DNA of 64,000 nt from an uncultured Alphaproteobacteria bacterium (lineage in GTDB: Bacteria; Pseudomonadota; Alphaproteobacteria; RF32; CAG-239): contig CALXPT010000002.1 in the NCBI GenBank assembly GCA_944390355.1, positions 134,564 to 198,563 on the forward strand. Direction: 5' to 3'. This document shows, in pieces, positions 57,839 to 64,000 of the stretch. The notes below the pieces were generated by a model that did not search any database, had not been told where the DNA came from, and was given only the letters and a program-made list of their open reading frames with translations. Numbering within the stretch: the stretch's first letter is position 1; each line of letters opens with the position of its first letter. Both the position numbers and the translations under genes were made by a program.

Positions 57839-58291
57839 TTAATATTCGATTTTATCAGCCTTGTTTTTCCACATATTCATAATATCCACAGCTTCCTTGA
57901 GTTCAATTCTGTGGAGATTAACAGGGTCGTCTTCATAAAACACACGGTCACGAAAACCGATACTTTCGGCATCAAAGCGGTCAGCCGCGTAATAAATTTC
58001 TTTAATATTAGCCCACTTAGCGGCATTCAGGCACATAGGGCAGGGTTCACAAGAGGTATAAAGCGTGCAACCGGACAAATCAAAGGAGTTAATGTTTTTG
58101 CAAGCATTACGAATAGCCATAACCTCGCCATGAGCGGTGGGGTCGTTATCCAAAACGACTCTGTTGTGTCCTTCACCGATAATATTTCCTTGAGCATCGG
58201 CAATAATTGCCCCGAAAGGAGAGCTGCCGTTGTTAACGGATTTTTGGCTAAGTTCAATAGCCTTAAGCAAATTTTCTTGATGATTTATCAT
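57839..58291 (-). CDS. Nucleoside/guanine deaminase (Bacillus GuaD type, CDA fold)
   Basis: PFGAII, NDPTAHGEV, LYTSCEPCPMC, IGFRD; GAGGA RBS before ATG 58291. Confidence 0.9.
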   Translation of the reverse strand: MINHQENLLKAIELSQKSVNNGSSPFGAIIADAQGNIIGEGHNRVVLDNDPTAHGEVMAIRNACKNINSFDLSGCTLYTSCEPCPMCLNAAKWANIKEIYYAADRFDAESIGFRDRVFYEDDPVNLHRIELKEAVDIMNMWKNKADKIEY

Positions 58292-58449
58292 AATTATCCT
58301 CACAAACAAACTCAAACTAAAATATGATACGCCAATAAAAACATAAAGTAAAGAAATATAAAAAAAACAAACTATAAAGAAACACATCATTTGATTATTA
58401 GAATATTATTGTTTTTTTGACTTGCCATATAAGTGATTATTTCGTAAAA

Positions 58450-58650
58450 AAGAGAGGACGTGCCTGTGAAGGTTTCCTCTTTTGACAAAGAAATTTTTGA
58501 GTAACGTGTTTCAGCGGAAGCACCTTGCTTTTTTATTAATAAAAGAATTAAGAATACCGCTTATAGCCGTATTCTAACAACGCTTCGGCGATTTTTTTTT
58601 GTTTTTTCATAAGAATTAAAAAAGGTTGACCTGTGAAGGCCGACCTTTTT
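58450..58650 (+). ncRNA. Candidate structured sRNA or leader RNA with five hairpins
   Basis: Two CCT-GTGA-AGG hairpins, a cTTCGg hairpin, and two stems with C-C mismatches; upstream TTGCCA-17-TAAAAA promoter-like site. Confidence 0.5.
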
Positions 58651-58706
58651 GCTTTTTAAATATTTTTTAATAAAGGGGATATAAAATCACAAACAAGGGG
58701 AAGCAA

Positions 58707-59537
58707 ATGAAAATAGACACGACAAAAGAAGAAAACATATTAAATGACTACTATAAAAAATGCTTAAAAAAAGTAGAAAAGAATGAATTTTTGGTCATGT
58801 ACGCTCAAGAGAAGTTAAAACACTCCTATCAAGTTGTGGGAGCAGGCAATTACATTATGCGGCATGAAGATATTTTTGCAAAAAATAAAGACAAAGATTT
58901 TTTGCGCTCGGCTAAATTGGCATACTTATTCCACGACATCGGGCGTTTTGAAGAAATTGAAAAGCACTTTGCCACCCCCAATCAAAAACACGATCATTCA
59001 ATATTGAGTTACGAAATATTAAAAACATTACCTGAATACGCCAAGCCTGAGATTTTACTTCCAATCAAACATCACGGCCACATGATAGAAGATTTGTATA
59101 AAGATGAAGATTATCAAAGCATACCCGATAAAGAAGCAAAAGAAAAAATCAATCAAATAGCATTTTTGGTCAGGGACGCGGATAAAATAGCCAATTTTTA
59201 TTTGCTGAAAAACATTTGGGCAAAAAAAGCACCGGAATTAAGCCTGTTTTTTGATAACTTACCCATAACACGTCCCAAACAAAAAGCCATAGACCAGTAC
59301 TTAAACGGCGAGATGGTTGACAGGGGACAAGAAACCTCAAAAGGTGAGTTTTTGCTAAATTATCTTTCGTGGATATATGACCTAAACTATCAAGCCTCAT
59401 TTGAATTTTGCCGAAGAAACGGAGTTTTTACCGCACTTAATGAAATCATAGACAACTATATTCCGAACACGGAAGATAGAACCGCTGTAAAAAAACAATT
59501 TAAAAAATCCATCCAAACAACAAATATGAAAGGATAA
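58707..59537 (+). CDS. HD-domain protein
   Basis: KLKHSYQV, LFHDIGRFE, HDH, HH, VRDADKIAN. Confidence 0.88.
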   Translation: MKIDTTKEENILNDYYKKCLKKVEKNEFLVMYAQEKLKHSYQVVGAGNYIMRHEDIFAKNKDKDFLRSAKLAYLFHDIGRFEEIEKHFATPNQKHDHSILSYEILKTLPEYAKPEILLPIKHHGHMIEDLYKDEDYQSIPDKEAKEKINQIAFLVRDADKIANFYLLKNIWAKKAPELSLFFDNLPITRPKQKAIDQYLNGEMVDRGQETSKGEFLLNYLSWIYDLNYQASFEFCRRNGVFTALNEIIDNYIPNTEDRTAVKKQFKKSIQTTNMKG

Positions 59538-59540
59538 AAG

Positions 59541-60317
59541 ATGAAAAAACGTTATATTTTATTGGCCGGAATTGTCGCCATAGTGGCAGGAGGCTATTAT
59601 ATATATAGTTCGCTGGATCGTATTGTCAGCCAATTAGTTAACAAATACGGCAGCGAAGTAACCGGAACGGAAGTAAACCTTCAGGGATTTCATATATCAC
59701 CGACGGAAGGAAAGGCCGATATTGAAAAAATCACAATCGCCAACCCGAAAAATTACAAACAACCTTATTTGTTTGACTTGAACAAAATCGCCGTGAAAGT
59801 TGATATGAAATCATTAACAACGGATACGATAGTTATTGATAGCGTTGATGTTGTAAAACCGGCAATAACATACGAAATGTTGTCATTAACCCAAAATAAC
59901 ATTAAAGAGATAATGGACAACATCAATAACTACACAAAAAAATCATCATCAGCCAATGAAGATGCAAAAGCCTCAGAGAAGACAGCGCAACAAGAAGATG
60001 GTTCTTCAAAAAAAGTAATCATCAAGAGATTAACCATTTCGGAAGCCTCTTTAACGGCAGCCGTAGGCGGACAAGATACCACCATAACGCTTCCGACCAT
60101 TGAAATGAAAAACATCGGTCAGGAACAAGAAAACCAAGGCACATCGATACCGCAGGTTATAGCAAAGATTTTGGATAAAGTTTTGTCTGTAGCAATGGAC
60201 AAAGTTGTAACCAATAACTTAAACGACCTCAAAAACGTTGCAAATGAAAACTTAAATAATGTTGTCGGCGGCGTAAAAGATCGTATTAAAGAATTAGGTA
60301 TCTTCGGTTCTAACTAA
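59541..60317 (+). CDS. AsmA-family-like protein
   Basis: N-terminal transmembrane segment, GTEVNL, IANPKNY, LPTIEMKNIG. Confidence 0.7.
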   Translation: MKKRYILLAGIVAIVAGGYYIYSSLDRIVSQLVNKYGSEVTGTEVNLQGFHISPTEGKADIEKITIANPKNYKQPYLFDLNKIAVKVDMKSLTTDTIVIDSVDVVKPAITYEMLSLTQNNIKEIMDNINNYTKKSSSANEDAKASEKTAQQEDGSSKKVIIKRLTISEASLTAAVGGQDTTITLPTIEMKNIGQEQENQGTSIPQVIAKILDKVLSVAMDKVVTNNLNDLKNVANENLNNVVGGVKDRIKELGIFGSN

Positions 60318-60365
60318 GCCGATTATATCAAAAACGGAAAAGCAGAGGAGAAATCTTCTGCTTTT

Positions 60366-61955
60366 TTATTTTAAATATTGTTTAATAACGCTGAGAGTCA
60401 AAATCTGAGGCAAAATAAAAGGTTGTTTGTTAATATAGAAAATATATAGCGGCACACTGTTGCGCCCGAATTGAAACAACGAACGCGTGATATCCTCATC
60501 ACCATCAGTCCAGTCTGCGCGGAATAAATGAATACGCTGGGCATCAGCCCAATCCAAAAAGTCATTTTTATCCAAAACGAGCTGCTCATTCATCAAACAA
60601 GTCAGACACCACTTGGCCGAATAATCAATAAATACTTTTTCACCGGATTCGACAAGATTTTGAATACGAGCACGATCAAATTCTTCCCATTGAGAAGAGT
60701 AATCTTTGGGATGATTAAAAATCTGAGCTTGCAAAATCCACGCCAACCACAAGCAAGTCAAAATCATGGGAATAGCTAAAAAATGTTTAAGCTTGACCAT
60801 CCACTTCCCCGGTTTGGGGAGTATTTTAGCTATCAGGTTGGGGGCGAGTCCAATTAAAACAAAGGGTAGTGCATAACCTAAAGCCAAAGCAACAAAAACC
60901 GGCAGATAAACATGCGTTGGCTGCATTAAAGCATAACCGACTGCGGTCGCCATAAAAGGTGCGGAACAAGAGCTGGCAATAACCACGGAAAAAACACCGG
61001 TTAAAAAAGCGCCGCCTTTTCCTTCGCTGACACGCCAACGATTTCCCAAAGCAAAGTTGATATGAATAATATCCAAAAACATAAGCGTAATAAGAACAAA
61101 AATAACCAGTAACACAGCCACAAAATAAGGAGACTGGAGTTGAAATCCCCAACCGACGGCTTCACCGCTTTTCTTAAAGAGCATAATCAAAAAAGCCAAC
61201 CCGACAAAACAAACAATCACGCCTAAGGCATAGAAGAGGGCGTCAATACGCGCCTGTCTGATTTGAGAAACATTTTTAACTAAGTTCAAAATTTTAAGAG
61301 ACAAAATCGGCAAAACGCAAGGCATCAGGTTCAAAATAATTCCGCCGACAAAAGCAGCAAGCATAAACCACCACACCCCTTCCGAGGCCTCAGAGACGGG
61401 AACTAAAGAAGAATCATGAACAGCGTCCATATCTTGGAGCAACTTCTGCCATTTCTGAGTAGGGAAGACATTATGCCCGCTGACCGGCAAAGAAAAGGAT
61501 AATGATGTCTTTTGCGGAAGACATTCTTCATTGCACGCCTGCCAAGAGATATTAACCTGAAAATCAGCCGAAGATTGAATAGCTTCATCGGGCTGAAATT
61601 CCACTAAATAAAAAGCTTTGTTTTCAAAACCATATTGAACACCGATAGCACTTTTAAAAGTCTCTGTATCACTCCACTTTTCCGAAATGATTTTATATCC
61701 TTCGGGAATCTGCCACTTAATTTCGGTAGGCAATCCAAAATCCCCTGGGTTTGCGGCCAAGATGTGCCAACCATCTGCAATACCAAACACCACCATGGCT
61801 TTTAATGTTTGCGAGGGATGAACGGCTTGCGTATTCGTATCAATCTGTACGGAAACCGGCCAACCGTCATAATTGGCGACATCCGCTGAACAGCATTGAA
61901 AAGATAGCCCCCACAGAAGGACAGCCCCCAACAATGATTTAAAAAACTTAAGCAT
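60366..61955 (-). CDS. dsbD: Thiol:disulfide interchange protein DsbD
   Basis: NPGDFGLP and CNEEC N-domain; LMPCVLP and SCSAP transmembrane cysteines; AKWCLTC thioredoxin domain. Confidence 0.9.
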   Translation of the reverse strand: MLKFFKSLLGAVLLWGLSFQCCSADVANYDGWPVSVQIDTNTQAVHPSQTLKAMVVFGIADGWHILAANPGDFGLPTEIKWQIPEGYKIISEKWSDTETFKSAIGVQYGFENKAFYLVEFQPDEAIQSSADFQVNISWQACNEECLPQKTSLSFSLPVSGHNVFPTQKWQKLLQDMDAVHDSSLVPVSEASEGVWWFMLAAFVGGIILNLMPCVLPILSLKILNLVKNVSQIRQARIDALFYALGVIVCFVGLAFLIMLFKKSGEAVGWGFQLQSPYFVAVLLVIFVLITLMFLDIIHINFALGNRWRVSEGKGGAFLTGVFSVVIASSCSAPFMATAVGYALMQPTHVYLPVFVALALGYALPFVLIGLAPNLIAKILPKPGKWMVKLKHFLAIPMILTCLWLAWILQAQIFNHPKDYSSQWEEFDRARIQNLVESGEKVFIDYSAKWCLTCLMNEQLVLDKNDFLDWADAQRIHLFRADWTDGDEDITRSLFQFGRNSVPLYIFYINKQPFILPQILTLSVIKQYLK

Positions 61956-61961
61956 CTGAAC

Positions 61962-62669
61962 CTATTTTTTCGGAGCAATAACAAAGGTGTAATAAGCCGA
62001 AATAATGATGCTGAAAGCTTTAATCAAACATACGACACCAAAGAAAATAGCCAGTTCCATAAACCATGAAGGCACCAAACACATGATGATTAAGGCGATA
62101 AAAGTTTCGGCACCTTGAGCGGCACCACCTAGGTAGAAGGGAGATTTAATCAACACCATATCAGTCAAAGGCTTATCTTTGGAAGCAACAACGGCATAAG
62201 CCAACATTGCACAGGCCGACGCGGCAAAACCGAATAGTAAGAAAGCGGCAGCAACGGCATTTTGCGGCGGATTAGCGAGCGCGAAACCGAAAATAACACC
62301 AGTATAAAAAATATAATCCAAAGCGGCATCTAAAAAGATTCCGAAATTAGTAACTTTAGTTTTGCGGGCAATTTCGCCGTCAATAGCATCAAAAATTCGG
62401 TTAAGCAAAATACAAACCAACGCCCACCCGAACATATACATGGCCAAAAAATTAATGGCGAGCAAACCGATGGCAAAACCGATAACGCTGGACACATTGG
62501 CACTAACGCCTTTATCGGATAATGATTTAGCAATTTCGGCAATAATCCGATGTGTACGATTGCGCATTAATTTGTATTTATCCCCAACAACGGCAAGTTT
62601 TTTCCGGATATGGCATTTTTCCAGATTTTCATCAATTTTGGCTTTAACGGATTTAAGTTTTTTATTCAT
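61962..62669 (-). CDS. CDP-alcohol phosphatidyltransferase family protein (YnjF-like)
   Basis: DAIDGEIAR...GIFLDAALD motif. Confidence 0.88.
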   Translation of the reverse strand: MNKKLKSVKAKIDENLEKCHIRKKLAVVGDKYKLMRNRTHRIIAEIAKSLSDKGVSANVSSVIGFAIGLLAINFLAMYMFGWALVCILLNRIFDAIDGEIARKTKVTNFGIFLDAALDYIFYTGVIFGFALANPPQNAVAAAFLLFGFAASACAMLAYAVVASKDKPLTDMVLIKSPFYLGGAAQGAETFIALIIMCLVPSWFMELAIFFGVVCLIKAFSIIISAYYTFVIAPKK

Positions 62670-62776
62670 GGCAAAAAATCCTTCACAAAAAAAGTTTTAC
62701 AACTTGCATTTTAATCGATATATTGCAAAAAGTAAAACACGTTCACAAGTTATCAAACGAGAAATTGGTATAATAT

Positions 62777-63802
62777 ATGAGAATAATAAAATACATTTCA
62801 ATAACCATTCTGACGATAGCATTATTTTTAATTTTCAGCAAGCAAGAAAAAACGGGTTATGTTATTCTGCATGGCGAGACGATGGGAACGTTTTATAATA
62901 TCAAAATAAGACAAGAAGAGCAACAAATTCCCTCTGATTTGCAAGACAGGATAGATAAAGAGCTGGCAGAGATTAACCGACAAATGTCGGTTTTCATAGA
63001 GGATTCGGAAATCAATCAAATTAATAAACTCCGGCATGGTAAAGAGTTGCATATTTCACAAGAGATGACGGATTTGCTTTTGTCCGCACAAGAAATACAC
63101 CAAGAAAGCCGTGGCCTGTTTGATCCGACGACAGCACCTTTAATTGAACTTTGGGGATTTGGCGTTCAAGATATCACAAAACTCCCCACGAAACAAAAAA
63201 TCGCACAAACATTAAAACATATTGGCTTAAGTAAATTAAAAATAAATAAAGACAAACAAACCATAAGCAAACAAGATTCTCTCTTAAGCCTCAATCTTTC
63301 AGCCATAGCCAAAGGATACGGCGTTGACCGCATTGCAAAATTGCTGGATGATATGGAAATAAATAATTATATTGTTGAGATAGGCGGAGAAATACGCTGC
63401 CGCGGCACAAGAACAAAATCGGGAGAAAAATGGCACATAAGCCTCACCGCCCCGATTGGCAACGGAGAAGGAACTGCTTATGTACTGGATTTGAGCGATA
63501 TTTCGGTTGCCACCTCCGGCAATTATCGCAACTATCACCAGTCCGGAGACAAACGCTTATCACACACAATTTCACCACTAACCGGCCAACCGATAGACAA
63601 TCAAATGGTATCAGCCACAATCATTGCGCCGAATTGTATGGAAGCAGATGCTTATGCAACCGCCATGATGCTCTTGGGGCCGAAAGAAGGGTTGCAACTG
63701 GCCGAACGCAAAAAGTTGGGAGCAATTTTAATGACACAAGATGCCGACGGAAAAATAAAGAAATATGTTTCAACACAGGCAAAGCAATATATACGGCAAT
63801 AA
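62777..63802 (+). CDS. apbE: FAD:protein FMN transferase ApbE
   Basis: TMGT, FDPT, LSAIAKGYGVD, VEIGGE, ATSGNY, ADAYATA. Confidence 0.95.
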   Translation: MRIIKYISITILTIALFLIFSKQEKTGYVILHGETMGTFYNIKIRQEEQQIPSDLQDRIDKELAEINRQMSVFIEDSEINQINKLRHGKELHISQEMTDLLLSAQEIHQESRGLFDPTTAPLIELWGFGVQDITKLPTKQKIAQTLKHIGLSKLKINKDKQTISKQDSLLSLNLSAIAKGYGVDRIAKLLDDMEINNYIVEIGGEIRCRGTRTKSGEKWHISLTAPIGNGEGTAYVLDLSDISVATSGNYRNYHQSGDKRLSHTISPLTGQPIDNQMVSATIIAPNCMEADAYATAMMLLGPKEGLQLAERKKLGAILMTQDADGKIKKYVSTQAKQYIRQ

Positions 63803-63816
63803 GGACATAATAACAA

Positions 63817-64000
63817 ATGCATACACATGACGGAACGGTTACAAAGATAACGGCAAATAAAATTGAAATACAATTTCAACAAGACGCCATGTGCCTGCAT
63901 TGTCAAATAAAAAACATTTGTATGGTTTCACATAGTAGACCGCGGATTCTGCACACCAAAATACAAAACCCGCAGGATTATCATGTCGGAGATAAAGTGA
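63817..64000 (+). CDS. RseC/MucC (SoxR-reducing system) family protein, partial
   Basis: Manual translation gives MHTHDGTVTKI...MCLHCQIKNIC...YHVGDKV (CxxC-x4-C); it follows apbE and runs off the window end. Confidence 0.7.
   Translation, partial: MHTHDGTVTKITANKIEIQFQQDAMCLHCQIKNICMVSHSRPRILHTKIQNPQDYHVGDKV

Noticed and set aside
58440-58650. Purine or guanidine riboswitch for the deaminase gene
   Set aside because: No consensus motif of those classes is visible, and the structure favours the strand pointing away from the deaminase.

Overview
This is a chromosomal window from an AT-rich Alphaproteobacterium. The gene orders tRNA-Leu(TAG)-tig, tpiA-secG-pyrG-kdsA, mrcA-prfB, recO-parC, dusB-trkA-hfq-hflX and mlaD-DUF2155 point to that class. 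Anaerobe-type genes (rubrerythrin, PerR/Fur, FprA, HydE, ApbE/RseC) suggest a gut RF32/Rhodospirillales-like lineage, which is an inference. Most genes are housekeeping, with single accessory genes inserted into conserved operons. I saw no prophage, transposase, integrase, reverse transcriptase or CRISPR array. The strongest leads are: (1) an unannotated ~290-nt multi-stem RNA at 26515-26808 (minus strand), with its own sigma70-type promoter and a terminator/antiterminator pair, directly upstream of a divergent DEAH helicase; (2) a non-canonical prfB +1 frameshift site, GTT-TGA-C instead of CTT-TGA-C; (3) a second candidate RNA with five hairpins and a duplicated CCTGTGAAGG motif at 58450-58650; (4) a tRNA-Lys-linked repeat with a duplicated tRNA 3' end; (5) an Hfq with changed RNA-binding residues in an operon that lacks ntrBC/ntrYX; (6) a CoaD-HD phosphohydrolase fusion. 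All calls come from reading motifs by eye. No searches or folding programs were run.
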